64,000 bases of DNA from Podarcis gaigeae (Eukaryota): NCBI GenBank assembly GCA_964106915.2, contig OZ066918.1; one strand, given 5' to 3'. The translations under genes and the position numbers were made by a program. Shown here piece after piece: positions 12,958 through 25,475 of the stretch (position 1 is the stretch's first letter; every line of letters begins with the position of its first letter). The notes under the pieces are model-generated. The model did no database searches and had not been told where the DNA came from. It saw only the letters and a program-made list of their open reading frames with translations.

Positions 12958-13155
12958 GGGGAGGGCCATAGCTCAAGTGGAAGTGCCACAGCTCGGTGGA
13001 TGGGCATCTTCTTGACATACAGAAAGTCCATGGTTCGATCACCAGGTAGAGCTGGGAATGTTCCCTGCCTGAAACCTTGGAGAGCTGCTGCCAGTCAGTG
13101 TGGATACTACAGCTAGAGGGACCGAGGGTTTAACTGGGTATATGGCAACTTCTTC
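12958..13155 (+). mobile_element. tRNA-derived SINE with CR1-like tail (Squam2-like)
   Basis: A-box head (gggccatagctcaagtgg, apparently duplicated), B-box ggttcgatc, and core cctgaaaccttggagagctgctgccagtcagtgt. Homologous to five other copies in the window. Confidence 0.75.
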
Positions 13156-13419
13156 AGTGAACCATGACAAGTCTAGTAAAAAATAATAATAGGGAGAGTA
13201 GATTGTGCAGTACTGAAGTCAGACCGCCCTTGAATAAAATGTTTAAAATTCTGTGGGCCTAACTACACACTATATGCAAACATTTAACATAAAAATCACT
13301 CCAGACTCATTACAAACCAAGCTCAAGCACTGAAGTTTTGCCTACTCTCATAATTTCACCAGCACAGTTGAAATACTCCACCACCACAGCTGCCCCTTCT
13401 TTCTAAACATGTGAAATTC

Positions 13420-13790
13420 TCTTAAATTCCTGTATTGACTTCCTGCTGCTCCGGGATACAGCATCAGCTTTTTGTGCTTTAGCCTCCTAAGTCCGCCTTG
13501 GCCTGGCCTCTCTTATCTCTCTGCTCTTATGTCTCTCTGCATCCCCGTCCATGACCTTCAGCTCCTCCGCCACCTCTGGTGAAAGGTCTCCTGCTCTCTC
13601 AAACAACTCTGCCTTTTCTCTGTATCGTTGGAACTGCACTCAATAACACCTGTGTGATGATACATATCTTACCTTGCAGCTGCCTCTTTAAAACTTACTT
13701 GTGCCATATTTTAGATTGTAAGCTCCTTGGGGGCAAAGACCTATCCTCTTGCACCCTACATACCATCTGCACTATAATGTACAAATATAT
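13420..13790 (+). mobile_element. Old L2-type LINE 3' end, interrupted at its tail by a MITE
   Basis: Hallmark tagattgtaagctccttgggggcaaagacc near 13712-13741. The A-rich tail resumes (aataaa) just after the MITE at 14474. Confidence 0.5.
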
Positions 13791-13791
13791 A

Positions 13792-14471
13792 CCGTATTTT
13801 TCCATGTATAAGATGCCCGAATGTATAAGACGACTCCTATTTTTTTAACCCAAAATTAAGAAAATGAAACCCTAAAATAGAAGTGAAAATCTGGATGATT
13901 GGCGGCGGCAAATTGTTGATCTTTTGGGGGGCAATCACCCTCAAAGTTTCCAGCATGCAGTGCACTGTGGTGCAGAAGCAAAGGCAGCAACTGGGGCACC
14001 ACATGCTCCCCCTCGGTGGTGGCAGCTGCTGCTGTGGAGAAGCAGGCTCCCAAGCAGGATGCCAAGGAGCCGCTCTGCATCGGGCCATGCACTTGAGCAA
14101 ACGGAGCTGAGGAAGGTGGTGAGCGGGCCGGGGGCAGGGTGGGAGTTTGAGAGGGGAAGACAAAAGAAGGGCAAGGAGAGGTAGCTGAGGCAGCTCTCAG
14201 CAGCGGCAGTGGCAGCTGCTCTCGATCTGGTGGTTGAGCCAGCGGGGGCTTCAGGAGGTGAGCCAGTCACCAGCATACAGCCCGGGGGCGGGGGGAAGGG
14301 GAGACGGCAGCAGGAGGGACTGCCTCAGCCCGACCAAGCCAAAATCTTGGACATATGCTTAAATATTTAAAAAATTTCCCCAGTTGTCCATGTTCCGTGT
14401 ACAAGACGACCCCCAATTTTTTACTATTTTTTTAAAGAAAAAAACCTTGTCTTATACACTGAAAAATACAG
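13792..14471. mobile_element. Tc1/mariner (Tc2/pogo-type) non-autonomous transposon, 680 bp
   Basis: TIRs CCGTATTTTTCCATGTATAAGA / reverse complement CTGTATTTTTCAGTGTATAAGA, flanked by TA on both sides. GC-rich interior. Confidence 0.85.
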
Positions 14472-15107
14472 TAAATAAAGATTTCCTCTGCCATGGATAT
14501 ATCTGGTCAGGCTGCCCTTGGAAGCACCAGTGTCATCAAGTCTACCCTAGACCACAAACGATGACAATGTAAAAGATTGTTAATTTTTATTACTATGAGG
14601 ATTCATCCTGAATATGGAATGTTTGTGAGGAGGAGACTTCTGTAGGTGAAATGGGCCTGCTGCCATGTTAAAAAAAAAGCCTTGCATTTTTAAGGGGAGA
14701 GCAGCAACAAGATTTCTGTAATGAGCAAGTGTCAGCCTGTTGACCGCATTATGTCAGATAATGCTGGAAATTCAGGGGATAAGTGTAAATCTTCTCTAGT
14801 AATAAGCATTTAGCCAATTTTCTAAATGTTTTAAATATAATTTATTATAAAATGGCAATCTCCGTTCTGCATTCATGGTGCATCTTTTCCTGCAAAGAGA
14901 CAAACCCTTTCAGAATGGTAGCAACATCAGGAGGAACAGCAGCTTGCCTGCTCTGGCAGAGCCACAACAATAGCCTCCCAGCAGCAGCATCGCTAGGTAG
15001 TTGTGGGAGGAGCAACTTTGGGGCTGTGCAGATGCACTGGCAGCCAGTCTGCAGACCCACAGATGTGTCTGCGCAATCCCAATGTCACCACCTTGCCCTC
15101 CCCCTTT

Positions 15108-15276
15108 GGGGAAGGGCCAAAGCTCACTGGTGGAGCATCTTTGCATTCAGAATGTCCTGGGTTCAATCCCTGCCATATTCAGGTAGGGATGGAAATGTCC
15201 CCTGTCTGAAAACCCTGGAGAGCTGAGCTGGATGGACCAATTGTCTGGCCCAGTATAAGGCTGTGCCCCTTGCTCC
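15108..15276 (+). mobile_element. tRNA-derived SINE (Squam2-like)
   Basis: ggggaagggccaaagctcactggtggagcat...gggttcaatccc...gagctggatggaccaattgtctggcccagtataaggc. Confidence 0.75.
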
Positions 15277-15759
15277 CTCATAGTATATGGTAGGGACACT
15301 CTTTCCAGAGCCATTCTTGGTCAGGAATAAGCCATGGAAACAAAGAATTTTCCTGAGGAACTGGAAAACTTTGTTCCTCTTACAGCACAGGAGTACAGGG
15401 TACCAAAGTCCCCTTTAAACACCACCCTAGCTGTTCCAAAGCTACTTACTTGTGAGCATCTAGAGAACAAAAGCTCAAAAATAAATTATCAGTGATGTTG
15501 GTAGGGGCCTAAGGTTGCTCCTTTCCACAGAACCATCCTTTCCCTTTATGGCTGGATCATTTAAACATTACCCCAGCTTATCAGGAGGTGCCAATGAAAA
15601 AACAGCTTCCATGCAGGTAGGGTATTGTTTAAAAAGGCCTCAAATTTAGAAGGCTAAATTAAAAGAATACTGGTACACCATGAAGCAAGGGGAAACAGGG
15701 AAATAACCTTGATAGGGCCAGTCACTGATATTTGCCTGCCCTCAGAGGCCAAGGCAGTA

Positions 15760-15854
15760 TAGACATGGGGAGCCTTTGACCTGCACTCCCAACTCCCCTC
15801 AGCCCCAGCCAGAATGGTTAGGAATGATGGGAGTCCACAGGTTATTCACCTGTG
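15760..15854. mobile_element. Short hAT-like non-autonomous element (aactcccatca...tgatgggag family)
   Basis: Similar to copies at 44343-44469 and 50736-50867. Confidence 0.45.
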
Positions 15855-16832
15855 CTCTAGGGGCTTTTAAGTGATTGTAATCCCTTACCTCTCCTCCCTA
15901 TTTCTGGCCCACACACTATCAGCATTGAAGCCTTCACAGACAGTGACAGGGACCAGTTACAGGCAACTCTTTTCAGCTACTCTGTTCTCCCTTGATCTTA
16001 GCAAATACAGCACCGCCAATGGATACAAATCACGCTGCTTTTTCTTGCAGCCTTTAGAAGATTTGTCCCCGTGTTCCCTCTTCAACAAAACACCTACGTC
16101 CCTTGCTGCGTTTCCTATTTATGTTCACCCACTAACCAATTACAAATCCATGAAGCTTCCACGCCTGCTGTGGCCTGAACCTCTGAGTGCCGCATTGAAG
16201 CTTTTAAGCCCAACTTCTGACTAAATCCTGCATGCAGCTTGCTAATAACAATACTAATAAACACTCAGCTTTAATATAGCTGCTTATGATCTCCAAACAT
16301 TAGGCATGGTGCTGAACACCTGCAATTTTCACTGAGGCTCATGAAGGGAACCCAGAGCTAAGTGCTTCCCTGCATGCTGTGAGTGGTGCTTAAGCCCTTG
16401 TCTTGAAGACTAATCCTTCCCCTGCACTCCCCTTTTAGAGCCTGTTCTTCTAAGGAAGTAAAAGATGATCCACACTTATTTGCACTCTGCACTGAACAGC
16501 CGTGCCAGGCCTGAGAGTGCATAGGTATTGTGCATACATTCGTTAATTGCAATATACAATTAATGCATTGTATGTTTCCCAGTAGCGTTTTGCACTATCA
16601 TAGAACTGCAGTTAGAATGCTCTCAGGCAAAGGTTTTATCCGTTCAGATTTGTACCTTGTGTGCTGTGGTAGAGAAAAGGAGTCTATAGGAAGGATTCAG
16701 CTGCTGCGTCTCACACGGATTGTGACTGCAAAAACCCATGAATGCAACCTCAGCTGAACTTTTCCCTGCATTTCTCCTGCATGTTGTGGCTGCTAGAACA
16801 CTTTCCAGGCAGACAAGGCCACTGAGCCTGAG

Positions 16833-17045
16833 AGCTCATCTAGACTTCCGCTTGTCCTACTGCATTCCCTCAGGAAAACTCGTTCTTTAGCGCTGGATCG
16901 GAGCAAACGTCAATTGGGTTTTCTGCAGATGGATGTTTGCTCCGATTCGGTGCTAAAGAGCAACTTTTCCTGGGGAAAGATGTGGAGCAAACAGAAAACA
17001 TCCCGAATCCATTCCTACAAAGCATGAGACAAGCAGAAAACTGCT
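16833..17045. mobile_element. Foldback MITE with long internal hairpin
   Basis: Inner arms 16865-16911 and 16932-16977 are near-perfect inverted repeats. Outer cttccgcttgtc / gacaagcagaa. Confidence 0.65.
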
Positions 17046-17760
17046 TGGTCCCAGGACCGTGGGTGCCTGGGGCTGCGCACACTGTGGGTGCTCGTGCGCC
17101 TGATGTCAGCATGCCCCACGACGTGCTGACATCACACATGCATGTCAACATGCATGCTGACATCACACTCGCACACCCCCACAGCATGCATGGCCCCAGC
17201 ACACAAAAATGTGGGTGCCTGGCCCCTTCATGGGGAATGTTGTGTTTACACCCTCAAATCTATGGATGCAAGTCTGCTGGTTCCCTCAATCTTGGCGGCA
17301 GCAAGGTCTTATAATGGGAACTCTTGCAAGAGGCTTCCCTTTGATCCTACAGCAGCATCTTAGGCATATGGATCAATGTGAAATGGATAGCAGAATCCAT
17401 GAGAACTACATTTCCCATGGATTGTTGCACCTTGGACAGTGCCAATGTAGCACTGAGGCGCTAATAAAGGCCCTACTGGAAGGTCTCTCTGTTGCTGACA
17501 GAGCCACAGCCTAAATAAGTTTATAAAGCTTCCAGTTCAATTCAACATTTCATTATTTCAAATTGCAAAGAGATTTTAAAAACATTATGAGAAGAGTAGA
17601 GTATTCCACTATGTAACAGAATACTACTATTAAATGAAATCTCATTTGGAAATTATATTAGTGAAGCAACAATCGATTTCAAGGCCTAACATTTCTAACA
17701 AGCATCTGAATAATGACTTCAAAGATACTGAATGTGCCATGTAAGCCCTATGAAGACCAT

Positions 17761-17891
17761 GAGTTGTATCCAGAGAGTTAGTTGAATTGAGTTCCCATTG
17801 AAATCAATGGTATTTAAATTAAGTAATGACTACCTTGTCCCATTGATTTCAGTGGAACCTAAGTGCAACTAACTTAACCTAGATCCAGCCC
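17761..17891. mobile_element. Palindromic Harbinger-like MITE
   Basis: gttagttgaattgagttcccattgaaatcaatgg pairs with ccattgatttcagtggaacctaagtgcaactaac. Ends gagttgtatccag / ctagatccagccc. Related copy at 51421-51535. Confidence 0.6.
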
Positions 17892-18556
17892 ACAACACTT
17901 AACAATGGTTTCTTAAGTGTTACGTCAAATTTTCAAGTTTTGGTTAGTTAAATCTGCCCTGATAAAACCATAATGGGTGCAAGGTGATAAGCATTCCTTG
18001 CTGATTTCTCCTAGGTTAAACCATGGTTTTACTGTAGACTTGCTTGGGAGAGGGGGGTGGTTCTTAACCAGGGTTAAGTAACAAACTTGTTAATCACTAA
18101 CCATAGTTAAACATCCTGTCTGCACAAGACCACATTATGTTTAACTATCTGTAGCTTTTCCACATATAAGAGCAGGGATCATGAAAATTAGTGAAATCTT
18201 TTATTGCTCTGGGGCATTTTTAAGACCACTTACAATAAGCCTGAAAAAAGAATGCATCAACAGTGGCTTAGCCTGTATCATTCTTGCTGATAATATGATG
18301 TGCAATTAATTCTGACATGGCAGTTTGGCAGGCTACCTAATGCTCTGTACTTTACTACCTCAGGAGGTTAGTACTTGGCAATTTCTATGACATTTTATAC
18401 AAATCAATCAAATACTTACCATCATTTTATTATAGAAGAATAATATATCTTCCAAGCACTTTTCTAAGGAATGATTTGTATGTGAAATGCATGCACACCA
18501 GAACAACTGCACACACATTGGATGGGTGCTGTGTTGTCTGGTCTTGTAATCCACTA

Positions 18557-18810
18557 CAGTCATACCTTGGGTTGAATGCGCTTCGGGTTGAGCGTGTTCA
18601 AGTTGCGCTCTGCGGCAACCCGGAAGTAACAGAGCACGTTACTTCTGGGTTTCACAGCTTGTGCAGATGCTCAAAATGACATCATGCGCATGCTCAGAAG
18701 TGGCGAAAAGCGACGCGTGCGTGCACAGACGTGCTGTTGCTAGTTACGTTTGCTTCTGGATGCGAACAGGGCTCCGGAACGGATCCCGATCGTATCCAGA
18801 GGTACCACTG
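18557..18810. mobile_element. Tigger/pogo-type MITE, 254 bp
   Basis: TA|CAGTCATACCTTGGGTTG ... GAGGTACCACTG|TA. CpG-rich. Homologous to 48643-48882. Confidence 0.85.
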
Positions 18811-19892
18811 TACTCTGCTCTAGAGCATTTTAGAAAGGAGCTTAAAGGCACACTACTCTGGCACTGACACAATTCTGACCGGCAGCAGGACACCAGAGAA
18901 GAGAATAGTGTCATTTGTCTTGGCGAGAGATAATCAGGGTGTATTCAGAGATTTTCCCAGGGAGTCACAAAGAATGGTCAATATTTTCTACTATCCTGCA
19001 ATCTCACTTTCAGACACGAATGGAAGTATTACCAGTACCACCCCACGCTGGTTTATTGTGGCACCATTTCTGGGGGTGGAAAATGGGTCTCATGATATAT
19101 TGTAAATATGCATTTTTTGTATTTCTGTTATATGCAGATATTTGGCAAAACATTCTGTATGAATTTGCTCTCTGTAAGCTGGTTACATTCTACAGTTTTC
19201 TGGATCCTAGCAGTGGTCTGTCTCTTGATGAATGGGACAAGTATCAAATGCAGGGGGAAAGAGTATATATATAGACACAGAGCAACAACAGAGGTTTCCA
19301 TTCCCTGCTAAATAAATGGCTATCTGCTGTACACAGTTAAGTTTTTTACCTGAGTCCACATGCCTAAACTATCTTGCTTAACAGTTTCCACTTCGGCTGG
19401 AGCTGTCTGCTCCCCCTTTTCTGATTTTGGTTCCTCCTTCCCCCTCTTTTCCCCAGTAGGCTTCCAAAAGGCAGAAAGCACATTTACAATGAGCAACACT
19501 TATTGAACACTCTCAGGTACCTCCATTTTCTCCTTCTGTACAGCAGGCTCCCAGGAAGTGGGGGAACCAAACTGAAGCAGCTTTGCCAGCCAGCCCTTCT
19601 CCTCCTACACCTTCCTTCCCATGACAGGTTCCCCGGGAGTAGAAAAATCAATCAGCAGCCCCTCAGCTCTTTGACTGCTCTCCCATCTGGATGCCTGGCA
19701 GCTGGGCTTCTAGGTTACTTTCACATGGACTCTCACTTTGTTCTCCAAAGAGGCTTCTTACTGCTCACCCACTCTGTTTCGGTTGGTTTGTCTATTGAAC
19801 AGCTGTCTCAGCGATTGGTGTGATCGCAGAAGCAAATGGAAGCAGTTCAGGTTCATTAAATTCTGAACCTAAACCTCTTTGTTTCAAACTAT

Positions 19893-20060
19893 CCAGGAGA
19901 TCCCAATTTCAGTCCCTGGAATCTCCATTTAAAGGGACCAGGGGGAGGGTGGTGAAATGACCTCTGCCTAAGGAAGCCAATGCCAGTCAAAGTAGGCAGT
20001 AATGAATTAGGATGACAAATAGTCTGGACTGGTAAAAGGCATTGACCTATGTTCCATATG
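19893..20060 (+). mobile_element. 5'-truncated Squam2-like SINE
   Basis: tgccagtcaaagtaggcagtaatgaattaggatgacaaatagtctggactggtaaaaggcattgacctatgttcc matches the family 3' half. Confidence 0.55.
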
Positions 20061-20199
20061 TCAGTGATAGGGACTGAAACCATTGGTCTAGCCTGGAGGT
20101 TTTCAAATACACAACTGGAGGAATCAGTTTTGAGTGTGTACTAGTTGGGGAAATGAGAACAGAACTGATATACTGGGACTAGAATTTCTGTGTGCATGC

Positions 20200-20950
20200 A
20201 TTATACTTTGTCAACCTATCCTATCCTATTCCAGAGAAGCCAAAAGTCCTTATAGTTCTCTTCTCTTTGACCCTGCAAAACATCCCTTAACGTCACCCTA
20301 TTCAGCCAAAACTATATAGCCACTCCTTAGTCTAGTGCTTTTGAAACCTAGTTATATTAATTGTTACTGCAGCTTTTTTGTGTGACACAGAGATCCCCAA
20401 ACAATATGCCAGGGGGCAATTCTGTGAAAATCTAAACGAAGGAAACACGTGGAATTTAATGGAACTTTCATCCCAAAGCGTAAATTGTCTTTGAGTCATT
20501 CTTTTGAGCTACTTTAAGAAAAACCCATTATCATATGGACATCAGGGACAAATCTGGCTTTGTGAGGCCAACAAATTCATTACTAGTTTTTTAAAATATA
20601 TACCTTATTTTATATATTGCTATTACTTCATTGGGTCTAAACCAAATGCACAATGGTAGCACACTCATCAGCAGTTTAGAATGCCTTATGGAGACATTTT
20701 CTATATTTTACTTTTACTATAAACCCAAGGAAACAATTATAATCTCAATGAATTGTAACTTAGCACTTCAGTCATAACATAAATCTAGTTCCCCTCTTTT
20801 GCATATATCAAGTATATATCTACATTTTGTATCTTTTGAGTGTCCTGTTCATTTGTCCAAATACAGTGTGTATATGTGTATTATTGGATTACAAAACAGT
20901 AGAATTATTTCATCAATAATAAAGATTTTACCATTCTTTAAAAAAGAAAG
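20200..20950 (+). mobile_element. Highly decayed L1-type LINE remnant
   Basis: ORF 20134..20319 contains SREAKSPYSSLLFDPAKHPL, resembling the L1 RT motif RGTRQGCPLSPLLF.LAIEPL. AATAAA and an A-rich tail lie near 20918-20950. Confidence 0.3.
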
Positions 20951-22439
20951 ATTCTAGTAGCCTGAGCATCTTTCTTGTATTATAATACACCATTTTATAG
21001 TTAACTGTAAAATCTGAGATTACGCCTTTAAGAATCATGCCGTTTTGTTTTATAGTTTAATAATTGTTCATTTGAAAATGAATGTGAACTTCCTAGAAAC
21101 TAATGTAATGACTTATAAAAATAGCATTTTGCCAAAAGCTACTGAGCACTTCTAAAGAGCATGGATATTTTACTGTTATAGTTGCTATTCTCAGGGAGTA
21201 CTTTGCATATCATTCCTACACAAAGGAGAAGCAGGATTTGCCATTAAACCTCAGTTTGCCTTCACTATTTTACTACAAGATCTCCTCCTGTGGGAATAAT
21301 GAAGAATAGCTAAGCATGGGAATAATATTATATGGCAACATTAGGTCATATTAGTTCATACCAGGTTCTATACAGAGACAAGTGCCACAGCTTTATAAGG
21401 CCTTTTGTCAAGTTAAGAGTACTCTTAATGACACCCTCCTTTACTCCTTGCTTCTGGGTCCTACTACTACACATAAAACAGCTACTACATGGGAAGAGGA
21501 ATGAATTTGTAGCTATGTGGCTGTTCCTTTCTGCAGAGTGGCAGCTATGCACATTATGTCACCATGCACATTGGCTGCTGCCAAACCTCTCCCCCCCCCT
21601 CTCCTCCCAGACACAAACCAGTGACAGGAATGTCATTCTGCCAGCACTGGAATGCATATCTGTCTCCCCTGGTAGCGGAGAAGCCTCTGCTCAGGTGCAG
21701 TTTTCAGCACAGTGAAACACTGCATGTGAGAAAGGCTGGACCTGGATACCATTACCACAATAAACTTAGCCCATTCCTAAAACTAAGCATGCAGTAAGCT
21801 TACGAAAAGCAGCCACAAGGTGGGAATACAGTGGGTCTGGAAGAAGGGAACCATAGGATTACCATCCAGTCCAATGTCAGAATTTAATTTTACGATATAA
21901 CTGGGAGAAATAAAATTACTGCTCCTTATCATCTAAGATACTGTTAAGTCTTTCAAAAGACACGCAGTGAAGTTTCGAAAGTTATCTCCTCCCCCTCTTT
22001 AATCTTCCATTAGCGTACATCAGGAGCGAGTCCATTGGAATAAGGAAATATGACACATTAATTCAGATGGGAACATGCTTGTCTATATTTTAATGGGGAC
22101 AAAACTGGATTCTTTCCTCTCTCTTCTTAATTGCAAGCCCTCTAGCATACTTTGAGCAATGTAAATAATGAGTATAATTTGCTACAGGAAACTGAGTTCA
22201 TAAGAGTTCCTCACAAACGTACTTTTTTTAAAAAGAAAAAAAAACCAAGCGAAGGAAATGGCTTCAGGGAAATAAGTGCATGAAAAACATTCACATTTAT
22301 AACAGTCCTGTTCAGACCAAATTTAATTTTACTAGAACCTTTTGGATTTTTGCAAATGAGATTTCTAGAGGATTTTAATAACCCATTTTCAAAGTCAAAA
22401 AAAGAAAAATATCCCGTTATCTGTTGAAACTTAAATTCT

Positions 22440-22845
22440 GCCAAGAATGTAGGGTCTAAGAAATTCCTCAACTGCCTCGCCAACAATTTCATTTCCCAGA
22501 AGGTAGAAGTAGTAACAAGGAGGTCATCTTTCTTGGACCTGGACCTCAGCAACAAGGAGGAACTGATAGTGGAATTACTGGATACCTTGGGAGGAAGTTA
22601 TCATGACCTCTTGGGTTTCCTTATATGCAGGCAAGGGAAAGCTTAATGTAGGCGGACATCAGCTCTGGTTTTTGAAAAGCTGAAGAAATTAACTGAGTGA
22701 AATCTCATACTCAGAGAGAAGGGAGTCCAAGATGGATGGGAGTTTCTTAAAGGTGAAATATGCAGACTATTCCAACAAGAAAGAAAAGTGGGAGGCATCT
22801 AAAGACACCAGTGTGGCTGCATCAAGAGCTTACAGATGAATAAAT
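22440..22845 (+). mobile_element. CR1 LINE ORF2 (endonuclease C-terminal) fragment
   Basis: Reads SKKFLNCLANNFISQKVEVVTRRSSFLDLDLSNKEELI...DTLGGSYHDLLGF, resembling CR1 FL..L.DNF..Q.V...TR...LDL...N.EEL...GTLG.SDH. Confidence 0.85.
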
Positions 22846-24354
22846 AAATGCCTCTGCTGTAACATCATGTTTTGTGACATTGTGCTGATGCAAGGGTCAC
22901 TACTCTGCAGTCCAGCATTTCTTAGTTTGTCACCACATCAGGTCTGATAATCATAGAATGGTTGAACTTGTCCAGATGAAAAAGACAAAGACTGAGCTGG
23001 CCAGGCTAACGTGCAAGGACATTGTTGACCATACTTCCCAAAGAGGCTAGATATGGCCTCTTGCTTACACAGACCTAAATGTACAGCTTCTCTGACATGT
23101 AACTCACAGTACCTCTACTTTTCCTAACTCTTTAATTCTATTCAAGATATTTCCCCCTTCATTTCAAATAGGGCTGTTTCCAAAATTCTCTTCAGCCAAA
23201 TTTGTCCATGGAGTTTGAAGTTCTGAAATACATGGCTTTGTTTCTAGGTAGTGAACCTTTTTTTTTTAAAATGATTTACAAGACAGAGTGAGCCCAGGGA
23301 ACACTGAAAGGAAAAGAATAGGTGAAATCCACTCATCCTTAATTTCAGTAGCACTGACCTTCATATAATGTATTCAATATAGAGGTACATGACATGGGCT
23401 ATATGTAGCCAACTGATGAGATATTTGCATTGTTTTCTTCTCTGGATGAAATAGACCTAATGATTCTTTAAAACTGGTATTGAGAATATTATCAGGTTGA
23501 AATGTCTATCTTTGAGATATATGATGATAATTACTCCAGAACTGACAGAAGTGTCTTTCATAGAAAAATAAAATGTGAAACTTTTCTTGGGAATGATGTA
23601 TTCCTTTAATATAAAGAATCAAACACTCATCCTCTGGTTTTCCTCTGTCATCCTGTTTCAATTAGGTCTTAAGTGTCCAAGTCTCATGCAACATTGGATA
23701 TATGCCTTTACCTACCTAGATCTTGGTTCACTAAAATTGGCTTCGAGGAACTGGAGGTCATGAAGATTGCATAGAGCTGAGTTTGCAATAATATAAGGAA
23801 GGCCATAGTATGATGTACAAAAAGGCACAGAGTTAGAAAGTCCACAGTATGTTCGCTTCCAGTACCACTATTCCACTTTCAAAGTGCCTGTTATCCAGTT
23901 AGCCAAATTTATTGGCAGTACAGCCACACTGTATTGCCATACTTTATGCAATTTCCCTGCAGTGGGTTCTAACTCTTTTTGTTTAAATAATCATTACCTC
24001 ATTGTTGCATTCTTTTCAATGAGGGGTAAATTTGGAGGAATGTATCGTGCCAGTACACGTGGAGGTCATTCAAAAATAACTTGCTGCACTTCATTATTAT
24101 TATTATTATTTATTAAATTTGTTTACCACTCTTTATCCCTAGATCTCAGGGTTGTTCTTTAATCCAGTCCTTGCAGTTGTTTCATTCTTTTCCTGTCTCT
24201 TAATTTTCTCTGTCCTCTTCCTTAGTGCTTACAAGATTTCACCATTTTTAAAAGAAAAAATTTCCCTCATCTTTTTTACAGCTACGGTCCCATCTTCTTA
24301 GATTCCATTCATTCTGTGGACTTCTGTGAGAATGCCTTCTTCAATTACTCATTT

Positions 24355-25135
24355 GTGTGTCGAGGTTCCCAGGCCACCCCAATAAAACACAATTCACACA
24401 GACTTTTTGTTTAAGATTTTTGGTATAATTTTGGCCACAACTTTATTAAAATACAAAAAATGTGAGTGGTTGCTTAGACATTGGTTGCGACTATCTGACC
24501 CCGCATGGGGACAGACTGACATTCACACGCCCGTGAAAGTCAGAAAGGGAAAACATTTTGGGGAGAAAGATGGAGCTGGGTACCATGCCCTCACCTCTCC
24601 CCAAATGCTCCCAGGGGCTCCTGCGTGGCCCTAGCCCCTTGACAGGGGTTTGGAACAAAGCATGGTGAGCCCCTGGATTCCTTTAACAGAATACCCTTGC
24701 AGCAGCAGCATTGGAGGGGCAGACACAGCCCATGCATGCCCCTCCACCAACCAATTCTTAAAACCAATGCCTAACCGCAACCTTACAAGTTGTGACGATT
24801 TGCTACGCAGTAGGCAAAAACCAAATGGCATCAGCCAAATGGACACAATTCCTACCAGGCCCCTGCCCCAACGGCAGACGACCCCATGACAGGCATAGCA
24901 AGGTCAAGCGAACAACCCTAAATATAGGGAGGGTGGCCGGGTGATCCAATGCATGCAGCGAAAAGAGGAAGCTAAACGCTGTGCGCAGGGAATATATGGC
25001 TGTCAGTCACAAAATGGCAACATCAAATTCTCCCCAATGACAAGAGGAGCCCAATCGCAATGGTGGCCAACTATCTTTACCCGCCCAGCAACAGTGGGAT
25101 GTCTTGTTAGACCCCACCGCAACACGTGCTCTCCA
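24355..25135 (-). mobile_element. Non-coding terminal-repeat-like segment of a retroelement (DIRS/Ngaro-like or solo LTR)
   Basis: Sharp compositional shift to CpG-containing DNA. Minus-strand AATAAAGTTGTGGCC (24432-24447) resembles the terminal motif recalled for Ngaro/DIRS elements. No convincing ORF. Confidence 0.45.
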
Positions 25136-25210
25136 TGAAGGAGAACACGCTTTGCCCAAACTTACTGAGGCTGAAATCCATAAGATATTTGTTGTGCCAG
25201 AATGGAGATT

Positions 25211-25475
25211 TGGAATCCCATTGGTGCCCTTGTGCTCACAGAAGGACTTTTGATCCAGAGACCGCGTCTGCCCATGGAAGAAGACTGGAGGGGATTTTTA
25301 CCAGTTCCTTCTCCTGTCTGCTGTAGCTGTTCCCCCCAGGCCACATCCCCGCTGTTCCTGGACTGCAGGGGAAGAGCAAGTTTACAAAAATGACTTGTCT
25401 TCCTCTTCCATTAGAGGAAGTGTCTGCTGGATTAAAAGCTCTTCCATGAGCACAAGCACGCCAGTAGGATTCCAC
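25211..25475. mobile_element. Foldback MITE with ~75-bp inverted arms
   Basis: tggaatcccattggtgcccttgtgctcacagaaggacttttgatccag vs reverse complement of the right end tggaatcctactggcgtgcttgtgctcatggaagagcttttaatccag. Confidence 0.7.

Noticed and set aside
13837-14276. Overlapping ORFs and apparent CpG-island promoters (also 46416-46902, 18476-18867, 48643-48882)
   Set aside because: All lie within TIR-bounded MITEs. The GC and CpG richness reflects young transposons.
15900-16250. 117-aa ORF 15871..16224
   Set aside because: No similarity to a host protein. It weakly resembles a decayed L2 ORF2 segment, too weak to list as a feature.
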